From the NCBI RefSeq assembly GCF_963921235.1, contig NC_086115.1, positions 8,680,001-8,744,000 of the forward strand: a DNA stretch of 64,000 bases, given 5' to 3'. The notes beneath the pieces are model-generated. The model saw nothing but the letters and a program-made list of their open reading frames with translations, was not told the DNA's origin and made no database searches. Origin of the DNA: Mobula hypostoma (Eukaryota). The stretch's first letter is position 1. Each line of letters begins with the position of its first letter. Shown here piece by piece: positions 39,690-53,890 of this stretch. Both the position numbers and the translations under genes were made by a program.

Positions 39690-40300
39690 GGCATATTGAC
39701 CTTCATAATTCAGAGAATATTGAATTCCTGGGTTGGGATGTTATCTTGAAGTTGTGTAACACATTGGTGAGGCCTAATTTGGAGCACAGTGTGCAGTCAT
39801 TGGTCACTTACCCACAGGAAAGATATGCATAAGATTGATAAAGTACAGAGAAAGTTTACAAGGATGTTGCCAGGAATTCAGGACTTGAATTATGGGGAAA
39901 GGTTGAATAGATTAGCACTTTATGCCCTGGAGTGTAGGAGAATGAGGGGAGGTGTGATAGAGGTATACAAAATTATGAGGGGTGTAGATAGGGTAAATGC
40001 AAGCAGGCTTTTTCCACTGAAGTTGGGTGGGATTACAACTAGAGTTTATGGGTTAAGAGTGAAAGGTAAAATATTTCAAAGGAATATGAGGGGAAACTTC
40101 TTCACTCAGAGGGTGGTGCGAGTGTGGGATGAACTTACAGCGGAAGTGGTGAATGCAAATTCAATTGCAACATTTTGGAGAAATTTGGGTAAGTATACGG
40201 ATGGGAGGGGTAGGGAGGAGTGTTGTTGGGACATGGCAGAACAACACTTCGGCATGGACTAGATGGTCCAAAGGTCCTGTTTCTGTGCTAGAGTGTTCTG
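39690..40300 (+). mobile_element. CR1 LINE 3' fragment
   Basis: VQRKFTRMLPG...NFFTQRVVRVW. Confidence 0.82.
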
Positions 40301-40554
40301 TGAACTTAAGTGGAGTAAGTTTTAAGTGGACATTTTTGGCTGAAAAATGATGGTCCACGAGTCTCCTCCTGTGCTGTACTTTACCACTGATCCCTAAAGA
40401 CCAGTGTAAAGTACCTCCTTCCAGTAAACAGAAAAAATGGTTAACTTTATCAACAACCAGAAGAAAATAGATAAACTTAATATTGTTTTTAATAAAGTGT
40501 ACTCAATATCTGTAAAAAAAATACTGCACATTAAGTTTCTTTATTCTTTTACAG

Positions 40555-40575
40555 ACAAGAAGCTATACAGAAAAA
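40555..40575 (+). CDS. BORCS7: BORCS7 exon 4, 21-nt micro-exon (QQEAIQKN)
   Basis: Strong pyrimidine tract, ttacag acceptor, gtaagt donor; restores the conserved QEAIQK. Confidence 0.93.
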
Positions 40576-41079
40576 GTAAGTATTTCCTGCACTGTTAGTG
40601 GTCTGAAGTTGCTGTGAAGGTGGAATCGGGTTGATTGGTGTAGAAACAATTGACTGAGTTACTTCCTTCTGTATTGTTCATTTCAATTATTTTAATCGGT
40701 ATCATTATTATTTCTCTCTTTAGGTATGTTTCTGTTCATCTTAATGTATGGTGCACATGGTTGATAGAGAAATGGAGGGCTGTGCAGGAGGGAAGGGTTC
40801 TATTGATCTTGGAATAGGTTACAAGGTTGGCACAACATTGTGGACCAGAGGCTCTATACTATACTATAGTGTTCTCTAATTAAGGCATACTGGAACATCA
40901 GCCATACTGCCTTTGCATCCAACAACTTAAAGAGTAAGATGGTCTACCTCCATCGATTATTCACCTTCCACTATCTTCCAGCTCCAAACTCTTAGCTGGC
41001 ACAGCATGTTTGCGAGTCTGGGTCAAGGACTGGGGTTGGAACCTGTCTGTGTCTGTGTGTGTGAATGGGTGGGTGGGAG

Positions 41080-41800
41080 GTTTATCATCACTGACATGCC
41101 TCGTAAAATTAGTTGTTTTCTGGCAGCAGCACAGTGCAATTCATAAAACATTACTATAAGGATATATTAGAAAATTAAATGAACAGTGCAAAAAGAGAGC
41201 AAGATAGCGTTCGTGGACTGTTCAGAAATCTGATGGTGGAGGGGAAGAAGCTGTCCTAAAATGCTGAGTGTGGGTCTTCAGGCCCTTGTACCTTCTCCCA
41301 GATGGTAGTATTGAGAAGAGGGCATGTCCTAGATGGTGTTGCCCTTAATGATAGATGCCACCTTCTTAAGGCACTGCCTTTTAAAAGTGGCCTTGATAGT
41401 GGAGCTGCTAGTGTCTGTGATGGAGCTGGCTGTGTGTGAACCTTGTGCAGCTTTTTCCAGTCCTATACATTGGCCCCTCCATACCAGACAGTGATGTAAC
41501 CAGTCAGGTGCTCTGCACAGTACATCTGTATAAATTTACTACAGCCTTTGGTGACGTACCATATCTCCTCAAACTCCTAATGAAATGTAGCCACTGGCAT
41601 GCCTTCATCATTTAACGTTGGGCCCAGGATAGATCCTCAGAGATGTTGACACACAGGAACTTGAAACTGCTCACCCTTTCCATTACTGATTCCTCGGTGA
41701 GAACTGTTATATGTTCTCCCAATTTCCCCTTCCTGAAGTATACAATCAATTCCTTGGTCTTCCCAATGTTGAGTACAGCCACCTGATCTATCTCGCTCCT
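41080..41800 (-). mobile_element. Rex1/Babar-type LINE fragment
   Basis: Nucleotide similarity to the 1940-2775 copy. Confidence 0.7.
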
Positions 41801-42954
41801 GTGTGCCTCCTGAGCTCCCTCAGTATCTGGCTGAAATTTCCAACCTCAACTTGCAACATCAAAAGCCAATAAGAGACTACATAAGGCAATTGCTATTCTT
41901 GTAAGATTTTCTTCCAGTAAGTTAGCGGTGCTCTCGGGAGCAGTGGCTTCTACAGGGCCAACCAACCAAAGGTGTTATTGTCATTTTAACCATATTTTTT
42001 ACGATAGCAAGATCCAGCTCGATGGCAGCAGCGAACAGCAACATTTTCCAGAGGGTCCACGAAAACTGTATCTTTCACTTTTATGTCTTCTTTTTCTTTT
42101 AAATCTGGTTCTGATGGTGTTGAAGTCTGTGATCTACAGTTTAATGGTGTGTTTTTAGGACGATTGAGCATTCTGGTTCTTCGCTGTCTCCGAGAAGATT
42201 TTGGGAGGCAAGCAACCTTGAGGCCAAGATCAACTCAATTTTCCACTGAGTAATGTGTTGAGGAACATTGAAACATCGAGGCGAGCGAGTGTTCAGCACT
42301 GTCTACCAGCCTCTTGCTCACTGCTGCCAAAGGGAGGTCCCTATACGCAAATAGTCTCTTTCTCCCCCCGATGCTGTCAGATGATGATACCAAAGTTCTT
42401 GGTCAGCAATTTGTGGATTGGACTAAACACAGAGTTGATCTGAATTTGGACTCTTTTGATTTTGCGTACTATTTTCTCCGTTTTCACTTGTTTTTACTTG
42501 TTGCCTTTTGCATGATTTGTTTTTGCATGGGGGGTTGGGGGGTTGATGTTTATCATGGTTTTCTTTGTTTCATGGCTGTCTGCAGACAAGACATCTCAGG
42601 GTTATATACTGCACATACTTTGATAATAAATGTATTTTGAATCCTTTGACATTAAGAACTTAAAGTTCTGAAGGTCTATATCATCTGTGAGTTGCTTGTT
42701 GACGGAGAAACTGAAGGAACTGGACTTGGTGCAGATGGTACTGCAGCCTGCATCAGAGAGGTGTTGGAGGAGTTTGTACATGAAGGGGGCGTGACAGCGA
42801 GTGATCTAATCTGATGAAGTGCTTTGCAAGGTTGGTCATGGCCTAGTAGGACCTGGACCCACTGCAATTTGCCTGTCTCCAGAATCAACCTACAGTGGAT
42901 GCAATCCCGCTGGCTCTCCACTCGCCTTGGATCATCTGGACAATAATAATTCCT

Positions 42955-44880
42955 TAAAACCAGAAGATATAGGAGCAGAATTAGACCATTTGGCCCATCA
43001 AGTCTGCTCCACCATTTCATTGCCACTGATTCATTTTTCCTGTCAGCCCCAATCTCCTGTCTTCCACCCCCCCGCCCCACCCACCATGCCCTGACCAATC
43101 AAGAATCTATCAACCTCTGCCTTAACTATATATTAAGACTTGGCCTCTACAGCTGTGGCAACAAATTCCACAGATTCACCACTTTCTGGCTAAAGAAATT
43201 CCTCCTCATCTCCATTCTAAAAGGATGCCCCTCTATTCTGAGGCTGAGTCCTCTGGTCTTAGATTCTCCCACCACAGGAAACATTCTCTCCACATTCACT
43301 TTAATTTCAATTAGGTCGCTCCTCATTCTTCTAAATTTCAGCGAATACAAGCCCAGAGCCATCAAACACTCTTCATATGACAAACCATTTAATCCCAGAA
43401 TCATTTTCATGAACCTCATTTGAACCCTTTCAAGTTTCAGCACATCCTTTCTAAGGTGAGGGGCTCAAAACTGCTCACAATACACAAGAGAGGCCTTACC
43501 AGTGCTTTATAAAGTCGCAACGTTACATCCTTGCTTTTATATTATAGTCCCCTTGAAATAATAGTAACATTGCATTTGCCTTCCTCACCACAGTCTCAAC
43601 CTGTAAATTAACCTTTAGAGAATCCTGCACACGGACTCCCAAATCCCCTTGCACCACAGATTTTCATATTTTCTCTTCATTTAGAAAATAGTCAACCCTT
43701 TCATTTCTTCTACCAAAGTGCATGACCATGCACTTCCTAACACTGTATCCCACCTGCTGCTTCTTTGCCCATTCTTCGAATCTGTCTGTCCTTCTGTAGC
43801 CTCCCTAGTTCACCAAAACTACCTGCGTCTCCTCCTAACTTCATATTGTCTGCAAACTTTGCAACGGAAGCATCAATTCCATCATCCAAGATGATGACCA
43901 CAATTTTGCCCTATCATCAGCCTCTCCTTACTAGCAGTTTCACTACACATTGCCTTTCTTTATAAACCAACTATCTCATCCTCAGCCCTATCACTCTGGT
44001 TCCCATCCCCTGCCAGACTTAGCTTAAACCTCCCGAACAACTCTAGCAAACCTGCCCGCAAAAATATTGGACCCCTCGGTTTTCAGCTGTAACCTGTCCC
44101 TTTTCTACAGGTCATACCTTCCACAGAAGAGATCCCAATGATCCAGAAATCTGAATCCCTGTCCCCTGCACCAATTCCTCAGCCACAGATTCACCTGCGA
44201 AATCATCATATTCAATCTGGAGATTACTATCCTGGAGGTTCTGTTTTTCCCTAGCTCCCTAAAATCTCTCTTCAGGACCTCCTTGTCTACCTATAGCATT
44301 GATGCCAATGCGTACCAAGACTTCTGGCTGCTCACCCTCACCCTTGAGAATGCCATGGATACAGTCTGAGACATCCCTGATCCTGGCATCAGGGAGGGAA
44401 CATACCATCCAGGTGTCTCTATCACACCTACAGAACCTCGTCTCTGTTCCTCTGACTAATGAACCTCCTCATCTCCTCTCAACGCTGCTGTCCGCTTCAC
44501 CTCTCTGCACTTCTGAGCCACAGCACCAGACTCTGTGTCAGAGACCTGGACACTGTGGCTCCTGCCTAGTAGGTCATCTCCCTCAATAGTATCTAAAGTT
44601 GTATACTATCATTGAGAGGAATGGTCACAGGTGTACTCTGCACTGGCTGTGCATTTTCCCTCCTCCTCCTGACAGCCACCTGTCTCTTGCAAGCTAGGGG
44701 TAACTGCCTTCCTGTAGCTCCCGTCTATCACCTTCTCATTCTCCGTGTGAGTCAAAGGTCATCGAGCCGCAGCTCCAGTTCCTTAATACGTTCTCTCAGG
44801 AGCTGCAGCTCGGTGCTCCTGGAGCAGATGTGTTTATCTGGAAGACTGGGGGTTTCACAGACTTCCCACATCCCACACGC
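42955..44880 (-). mobile_element. Internally deleted CR1 with ORF1 (Cys-rich and SGNH esterase-like) and ORF2 3' pieces
   Basis: Minus strand CGMWEVCETPSLPDKHIC and RGTETRFC...ILKGEGEQPEVLVRIG; 3' part RRNFFSQKVVNLWN. Confidence 0.75.
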
Positions 44881-44899
44881 AGTACAAGACATTGCCTAC

Positions 44900-46005
44900 G
44901 TCAGGCTGCTGTTTATTAATTACTGCTCAGCATTCACACAATCATACCGTCAGTTCTAATTAACAACTTCAAAACCTGGATTGCTGTACCATGTTCTGCA
45001 ACTGGATTTTTGACTTCCTCATCGGGAGACCACACTCAGTGCAGATTGGGAATGACATCTCCTCCTTAGTGACAGTCAACACTGGCACACCTCAGGAATG
45101 CATGCTTAGCCCTCTGCTCTACTCTCTTTACACCCATGACTGTGTGGCTAGACACAGCTCAAACACCACGTATACGTATGCTGATGACACAACTATTGTT
45201 GACAGAACTTCAGATAGTGATGAGGAGCTGTACAGGAGCGAGTTAGATTGGCTGGTTGAGTGGTGTTGCAACACCACCCTTGCAGTCAATGTCAGTAAGA
45301 CAAAAGAATTTATTGTGGACTTAAGAAAGGGGGAAGAGGAGAAGCCGAGGGAACACACTCCAGTCCTCATCGAGGGGTCAGCAGTGGAAAGGGCAAGCAG
45401 ATTCAAGTTCCTGAGTGTCAACATCTCTGAGGATCTATCCTGGGCCCAACGTACTGCTGCAATTACAAAGAAGGCATGACTGCAGCTATATTTCATTAGG
45501 TGTTTGAGGGGAATTGGTATGTCACCAAAGACACTTGCAAATTGCTATGGAAGTGCCGTGGGGAGCATTCTAACTGGTTGCATCACCGTCTGAAATGAGG
45601 CAGCCACTGCGCAGGATAAGAAAAAGCTGCAGAAAGTTGTAAACTCTGCCAGCCCCATTACGGGCACTAACCTCCCCAGCATCGAGGACCCCTTCAAAAT
45701 GCAATACCTCAAAAATTCAGAATCCATCACTAGGGATTCCCATCACCCAGGACATGCCCATTTCTCATTGCCACAGGAGCCTGAAGACATGCACTCAGGA
45801 ACAGCTTCAGATTCACCTTCAGATTTCTGAATGGATAATGAACCCATGAACACTACCTCGCTATTATTTTCCTTGCGTTTTGCACTACTTAATTTTTTTA
45901 ATATATACTTATTGCAATTCATAGTTTTTATTATATATTGCATTGTACTGCTGCCACAGAACAACAGATTTGCCAGTGATACTAAATCTGACTCTGATAT
46001 TACTG
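44900..46005 (+). mobile_element. Rex1/Babar-type LINE RT fragment
   Basis: CNWIFDFL...TGTPQECMLSPLLYSLYTHDC...YADDTT...KTKEFIVD. Confidence 0.85.
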
Positions 46006-48854
46006 ACAGCATATTCCCATTGGTTGTGAAATGGAGAACATGGTAAGTGTGGTACAATTCATGCCTTCGACCCTATATGAGTAAGTAAAACTCTTAAGTT
46101 CAAAGAGCTTAGCTAAGGCATAAACGTAGAGTCACTAACAAACACTGGAAATAACTGTTAAATTTCCTGCCCTTCATAAGCACAAGGTTCTGCGGATGCA
46201 GGAAATAGAGTAACACACACAAATTGCTGGAGAAACTCAGCAGGTCAGGAAATGAATAAACAGTTGATGTTTCAGGCCGAGACCCTCAATCTGGGTTGGA
46301 AAGGAAGGGGGAAGAAGCCAGAGTACAAAGTTGGGAAGAGGAAGGAGAACAAGCAAGAAGGTGAGAGGTGAAGTCAGTCAGGTGGGAAAGGGGGAAATAA
46401 AGTAAGAAGCTGGGAGGTGAGAGGTGGAAAGGTAAGGGGCTGAAGAAGAAGGAATCTAATAGGAGAGTCCACCGAGGGAGAAAGGGAAGGGGGGGAGCAC
46501 TGGGGGAAGGTGATAACCAGGTGAAAAGAGAAGTGGTAAGAGGGGAGCTAGAATGGAGTATGCAAGAAGAGGGAAGGGGAATGGGAGATAATTACCAAAA
46601 ATTACTTCATTGTTGCCAAACAATTGATACTAGAGCGTACAATCATCACAGCGATATTTGATTCAGCGCCTTGCGCTCCCTGGAGTGCAAATTGATAGCA
46701 AATATTAAAAATTTAAATTATAAATCATAAATAGAAAAGAGAAAGTAAGAGTGCAAAAAAACCGAGAGACAGGTCCGGATATTTGGAGGGTACGGCCCAG
46801 ATTCGGGTCGGGATCCATTTAGCAGTCTTATCACAGTTGGAAAGAAGCTGTTCCCAAATCTGGCCGTACGAGTCTTCAAGCTCCTGAGCCTTCTCCCAGA
46901 GGGAAGAGGGACGAAAAATGTCCCTTAAGTTAAGATATTTCCTGCCCTTAACCTCTCTCTGGTGCCTCTCCTCCCCCTGTTTTTCCTATGATCACTATCC
47001 TTTCCCATCAGGCTACTGAAGCCCTTTACCTTTTCCCTCCCAGCTTCTTACTTCATCCCTCCTCCCCCACACAGCCACCTTCCCCCTCACCTAACTTCAG
47101 CTATCACCTGCCAGCTTATCCTCCTTCACCTCTGCCCACTTTCTTATTGTGGCTTCTTGCCCTGGCCCTTTCCTTTCCAGTCCTAATGAATGATCATGGC
47201 CCAAAACGCCGATGCTGCCTGACCTGCTGAGTTCCTGCAGCATTTTGTGTGTGTTGCTCTTGATTTCCAGTATTTGCATTTATTATTTTTCATCATTTTT
47301 TCCATTTTTATATATTTCCCCTCGAAAGTGGGTTAAAATATTTATCTATGTGTGACAGGTATAGTTAAAGCAACGTTAAATCCCTGCAGGGCACTGTGGT
47401 ATATTTTCTTCCAATAGCGCAGAAAATGCAAGTGGATAAAATCTTGTTACACCAAATCTATTCTCTTTTTTCCAAATGCTGAGACAAATACATGTGTAAT
47501 ATTTGTTTGTCCTTAATGTCTTGGGGACTTTAACTGGAATTTTGTAAAGCTGTGGAGCTGTCAACATGGTTTACTTGTTCGACCTTCTATCCCAGATTTA
47601 TAGTTTAAATTATTTTCACATTTTTCAACACAATGAAAGATCCTTGAAACTCTGATTAGGAAAGAGAACATGCTGATGACCGCCAAGAGAGAAGAACAAG
47701 CAATGTGGTGGCCAGAAATTAATGATCTACTGTGCGTGAATGAAGGAAGGAAGGTCATCCCACATTTATCTTATCATCTTAAACAATATGTTCCAAAGCT
47801 TCACATTTGTGATTCACCACTCTCACAAAATGTTCCAGACGTGCTCAGACTTTTTCACCTGCTCCCCAGCTGGCGAGAGCCGTTCTCATTCATTTGTTGT
47901 GAGCACTTTAAAATTACACTTTATACATCAACAACCACAACGGCAGCAGTTTGCACTGTTTTTAACATTGTAATAGGAAAGTTATCAAACAGATTTTGCT
48001 ATTGAACCACAGAGTCATAGAGTACTACAATACAGAAATGTGATCTTCAGCCCATCAAATTCACATTGGCATGGTCTTCTACTGGTCTCATCTAGCTGTG
48101 CCCAGACCATAGCCCTCCTTTCATCCATCTACCTATCCTCTTAAATGCTGCAGTTGAACCCGCGTCTACCACTTTTGCTGGCATTTTGTTCCAAACTCAC
48201 ACCACCCTCTTGAATGAAGAAGTTCCACCTCAGGTTCACCTTAAATATTTCACCTTTCACCTTTCACCTTAAGTTAATGACTTCTAGTTCAAGTCTAAAA
48301 CAAACTGAGGGGAAAAAAGCCTGCATGAATTCATCCTCTCTATATCCCTCATAATTTTGCATATCTCCATAAGATATCCCCTCATCCTCCTGTGACCCAG
48401 GGAATAAGGTCCTCACCGATTCATCCCTTCCCTTTAACTCAGGTCCTCAAGCATCCTTGTCAATTTCCTCTGACCTCTTTCAAGTTTATTGCACTAACCA
48501 CTATGCTACCATCTCACTCTGAAGTTTTAAATCTGATGTGCTCCCTTCATCTTAATTCCCCCACCCCACCGACCGGCCTCCCCCCCAGTGTTTCTGGCAT
48601 CTTTCCATTTGATTTCCAACAACTGCAGTATTTTGTTCTTGCAGAACATTATGTTTGTTAGAACGTATTTAAAAAGATTTTTGTTCAAATATGAAACAAG
48701 TGCTTCACTTATTTATTTCATCTGTACAATAAATTATGCCAAATTAAAACAGGGGGAAGGAAGATGTTGTTTGATTAACTATTGATGAATGGTTACTGTA
48801 AAGCCATTTTACCAGATTAAATATAACTGGATTTTTTTTTCTCTTAATTGTCAG

Positions 48855-48906
48855 TGTTGAACTTTCTACGAACCTTCAGGACCAGCTCAAGCATCTCTTA
48901 AAGTGA
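48855..48906 (+). CDS. BORCS7: BORCS7 exon 5 (VELSTNLQDQLKHLLK-stop)
   Basis: tgtcag acceptor; conserved C-terminus LQDQLxHLLK followed by TGA. Confidence 0.94.
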
Positions 48907-49556
48907 ACTGGACGATGACAAGATAGTTACTCCTCTGAGACAACGTCCATGGGGGGGGTCGCGGGGGTGAGGGAGAATGTTGTCACTGCTCATAATACAG
49001 CAAGGATCATAAATGTTAACATGCTTTCATTAAGAGTTCACAAGTGGTATCCAGAACTGTGCTGTTTAGGTCTGGTGCTGATAATGAACACAGCAATTTT
49101 TGTTCCAGAGGAACACCTCGCAGTGATTGGGTATTGGCAAAGGTGACCTTGAAAATAACACTCATTTGTTGATCATTCATTGTGTTCCTGGGCTAGATGT
49201 TTTGAAGGGAAGAGTTGCTATTGTCATGTGGAGGTTCATTATTAAAAAGTGTTGTAGTTTTTAGTCACTGTCAAGTTTGCAATGCAAGTACTGTACTAGA
49301 TTCTGTGTTATCTTGAACAGCTTCATCCATTATCATTGGTCAGAATTGTCAGTCCACTGGTCTAACTTCTATTTGCTCATCTGGCATTCTTAGCCTGAGT
49401 AAAACTAAAATGAATTTGTAGTTGATTGGATATTTTCAGTGTCCCAACAAGAGACACTTGGCTTTGTATCAATATCATGCTGTTAACACACATGGTCAAA
49501 TCACCATTGTCAAATTATGAGTTTAGCTTAAACGCTTGCAATATAATATTTATTGA

Positions 49557-49562
49557 AATAAA
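49557..49562 (+). terminator. Candidate BORCS7 polyadenylation signal AATAAA
   Basis: AATAAA about 650 nt after the stop codon, in non-repeat AT-rich sequence just before SINE sequence resumes. Confidence 0.4.
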
Positions 49563-50914
49563 TTCCGGTGCTACACCTTAGAGAGCGCTTTGAATATTTA
49601 TTGCATTTATTGTGGATAAAACTCACTGTTGGATAGTCCCTGATTGCTGATTGTAAAGCGTTACACAAACCGTTAGCAGCCGTGCCATCCCACGCTCTGA
49701 CCATGCCAACAACCTGGGTTCAATTCCTGTCGCTGTCTGTTTGGACTTTGTGCATTCTCCCAATGACTGCAAGAGTTTCCTCCGGATGCTCCGGTTTCCA
49801 ACAGCATTCCAAGATGTACGGGTTAGGGGGTTAATTGGTCACATTGTAATCGGACAACGCAGGCTCACTGGGCCTGAAGAGTCTCCTATTGTGCTGTATC
49901 TCTTTAATAAAAACAAAATGATGAGGTAGATTGTGAGATTGAGAGGCCTTCTTATCCTGGTAAGGAACGGCAAGAGAGAGGTTGTCCTTGAGCCTGGTGG
50001 TATGTACTTTCAGGTTTTTGTATGTCGGGATGGATGAGAAGAGATAGTGTCCAGGGTGAGTGGGGCCTTTGATTATGTTGGCTGCTTTCCCGAGGAAGCG
50101 AGACGTGTAGACAGTGCCCGTGGAGGAGTTTCTGTTTGACTTTCTATTCAATTCCTTGAATTTTATTCTGCACCATATCTCCTGCCTTTTGAAAATATTC
50201 AGAGTCTTAGAAGTCTGTTACCTCCCTTATTACTGGAGATGATAAGATATTGCTCTTTGTATCACCCTCAATGGTAAACAGCTTTTTCATCTTTAGTGTT
50301 CTTGAAACTCAAGACTTGAAATAAAGTTTCTACATCTATATTCTCTGAAATTTGATATTTAATTCTTATATTTTGTTCTATGTAAAATGCTTTGAACTGC
50401 TTTGTGTTTGAAAAGTGTTATACAAATAAACTTGATTGCTTACACTATATCCAATGATAAACACTTAAGTTTTATATATTTGCCTGCTAATGTGTTAAAC
50501 ATTAACATTAGAAAGTACAGTATTAACATAAATATATTTACTGCTACTAGGACAGGCCAACAGCAGATAGAGGTTCGTGCAATGCTGTTTAATGCCAGTG
50601 ATTTCCAGTCAGGGCTCAATTCCTGCCACTGTCTGTAAGGAGGTGGTATGTTCTCCCCATTACCCCGTGGGTTTTCTCTGGGGGCTCTGTTCTCCTCTCA
50701 TATTCTAAAGATGTACAGGTTAGGGTTAGGTTGTGGGCATGTTGCTGCAGGAAGCGTGGCATCACTTGCAGGCTGCCCCAGCACAATAATTAAATTGTTG
50801 GTCATTGACGCAACATAATGCATTTTATTGTATGCTTCAATGTACATGTGACAAATAACACTAATCTTTAAATCTTTGAATCTCTTCTCTGCTCTGGACC
50901 ACAGGAACTTGTAC

Positions 50915-52470
50915 ATCAGGTTACAGCTGAGAATTCAACCCAATTATCCCATCGTCATCAAGCTTAAGACCTGGGCCTCTGTACCTCCCTCTGCAACTAG
51001 ATATTCAACTTCCTCATTGGCAGACCTCAGTCGGTGAGGACTGGTAACAACATCTCCTTCTCGCTGACTGTCAACCTCAAAGATGACTGCTTCAACGCCA
51101 CCTTCAGATTTACCGATGACACCACTGTTGTTGGAGAGGTGGCAATGAGCCAGCTCACTGGAGCAAGGTTGGTCATCTGATTGAGGGAAGCCACAACAAC
51201 CACCTCACAATCAGAATCAGGTTTATTATCACTGCTGTATGTCGTGAAATGAGTTGATTTGTGGCAGCAGAACAGCGAAATAATTAAGATGAGTATAAGT
51301 TACAATAAGAAATTAAATTTTAAAAAAAGTGCAAAAGGAGAGCAAAATAGTGTTGATAGATTCATGGACCGTTCCGAACTCTGATAGCAGAAGGGAAGAA
51401 GCTGTTCTTGAAATATAGGGTGTGTGTCTTCAGGCCCCCGTGTCTCCTCCCTAATGGTAGTAAGAAGAGGGCAGGCAAGTTCTAGATGGTGTGGGTCCTT
51501 AATGATGGATTCACCTTCTTGAGGCATTGTTTTTTGAAAATGTCCTCAATGGTAGGGAGGCTAGTGCCATGATGGAGCTAGCTGAGTTTACAATCCTCCA
51601 CAGCTTTTGCCTATTCCTGTGTGATAGCCTGTCCCACCAGGTGGTGATGCAACCAGTCAGAATGCTCTCCATTGTACATCTATAGAAAGTTGCTAGTTAC
51701 CATATCTCCTGAAACTCCAAATATACGTGTCATCATCATAATTATATCAATATGTTGTGTCCAGGATAGATCTTCAGTCACACCCTGAAATTTGAAGCTG
51801 AAGGGGGTTAAACATGCGCCAGTCCACAACTGGGGTAATAGTGATGGAGAGAGTCAGCAGTTTTAAATTCCTGGGCATTTACATATCAGAGCACGTGGAT
51901 GCAATCACAGGGAGAGTGAACCAGAATCTTTACTTTCCTAGGAGGTTAAGAGGGTTTGCCCTGTCACCAAACACTGACAAACATCTACAGATGCAATATT
52001 GAAGGTATCATGGTCAGACAAGGCAATTTGAGCAAGCAGGAATGCAAGAAGCTGCAGAAAGTAGCGGACTCTGCCCAAAGCATCATAGGCACAACCCTCT
52101 CCATCATGGGTAGAATCTACAGAAGGTGTTGCCTCAAGAAGACAACATCCATTATCAAAGATTCCCACCATCTGGGCCATGGAATCTTTTTGCAGCTACC
52201 AAAGGGCAGGAGGTACAGAAGCTTGAAGTCCCACACCACCAGGTTCAAGAGCAGCTACTTTCCTCCAACCATTTGGATCTTGAACCATCACACACTGTTA
52301 ATCACCAATTTAGGTTAACAATAATATGATCACCTTACACTAAAATGGACATATTTTGTTCTAATCCTTTCTTATAAAAATTGCACATATTTATGTTTCT
52401 TGTGAATGCTATGTGTCTGTGATGCCATGGTACCAGTGCACATGTATTTGTGCATGTGACAGTATATTTT
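50915..52470. mobile_element. Cluster of Rex1/Babar LINE fragments in both orientations
   Basis: MERVSSFKFLG, KKLQKV...GRRYRSLKSHTTRFKSSYFP. Confidence 0.72.
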
Positions 52471-53214
52471 ACACATAAGAAAGTCTGCAGATGCTGGAAA
52501 TCCAGAGCAACACACACAAAATGCTGAAGGAACTCTGTAGGCCAGGCTGCATCTATGGAAATGAATAAACAGTCGACATTTCGGCCCAAGACCCTTCTTT
52601 GGGTCCTGAAGCCTATGTTTGACTATATTTGTTCACAGATAATCAATAATACTGCAAAGCGAGTCATCCATGAGGAAGTGCACATTGAACATGGACAATA
52701 GAGAATCTGCAGATGCTGGAAATCCAGAGCAACGCACACAAAATGCTGGAGGAACTCAGCAGGCCAGGCAGCAACTATGAAAAAAAGTACAGTGGACGTT
52801 TCAGGCTGAGACCCTTCGGCAGGGCTCACAGGACATGGAACACTACAGCCCAGTACAGGCTCTTCAGCCCATATAACCATGATGCCAAATTACCATAAGA
52901 CCCATCTGCCTGTGCATGGTCCACATCTCCCATTCCCTGCCAGTGCAAAACATATTAAATGTAATAATCATATCTGCTTCCATCACTTCTCTGGCAGTGG
53001 GTTCCATGCATCCAACACTACTCTTGCGTAAATAAACTTGCCTTACACATACCCTTTAAACTTTTACACTCTCACCTTGAAGCAATGCTCTCCAGTCTTA
53101 GATATATCCACTCTGGGAAAATGATGTGTGAAGCTTTAAGATTCAATAGTAATGTGAATGTGCTGTTTTTCCTGTTTCCACATTTCAAGAGATCTTTGCC
53201 CTTTGCAAGACTGT

Positions 53215-53890
53215 GGATAAATGAGGTGCAAAGGGGCTTGGGAGTCGTCGTGCAGGATAACTTGTTGGTTGAGGCAGTGGTAAGGATGACAAACACAATG
53301 TTAATATTCATTCCGAGAGAACTAGAATATAAAAGCAAGGTGTAATGCTGAGGGTTTATAAGACATTGATCAGACTGGATTTGGAGTATTGGGAGCAGTT
53401 TTGCATCCCTTATCTAGGAAAGGATCTGCTGGCATTGCAGATGGTCCAGAGGAGATTAATGAAAATAATCCCGGGAATAAAAGAGCTCTGGGCTTGTACT
53501 GGCTGGAATTTAGAAGAATGATGGGGAATTGAATATTTAAAGGCCTAGATGGAGTGGATGTAGAGAGGAAGTTTCAAATATTGGGGAGTCTAGGACCAAG
53601 GGCACAGCCTCAGAATGGAAGGGTGTCCCTTTAGAACCGAGATGATGAAGAATTTCTTTAGCAAGAGGTGGTGATTCTGGTGAATTCGTTGCCACAGATG
53701 GCTGTGGACACCAAGCTATTGGGTATATTTAAAGCAGAGGTTGGTAGGTTCTTGATTAACAAGAGCATGAAAGGTTTCTGGGAGAAGGCAAAAGAATGGG
53801 GTCGAGATGGATAGTAAGTCAGCCATGATCAAATGGTGTAGCAAGCTCAATGGGCCAAATGGATTAATTCTGCTCCTGTGTCTTATGAGA
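53215..53890 (+). mobile_element. CR1 LINE 3' fragment
   Basis: Decayed ORF2 3' part and tail. Confidence 0.75.

Larger units (their letters stand above)
26937..48906 (+). other. BORCS7: BORCS7 gene span (BLOC-1-related complex subunit 7), complete 5-exon CDS, 103 aa
   Basis: Spliced product MAAAEPQARFGQSVKGLLSEKVSACTTDVIALTKQILKGSRSSELLGQAARNMVMQEDSILHSEDSLRKMSIITTHLQYQQEAIQKNVELSTNLQDQLKHLLK closely resembles vertebrate BORCS7. Confidence 0.96.
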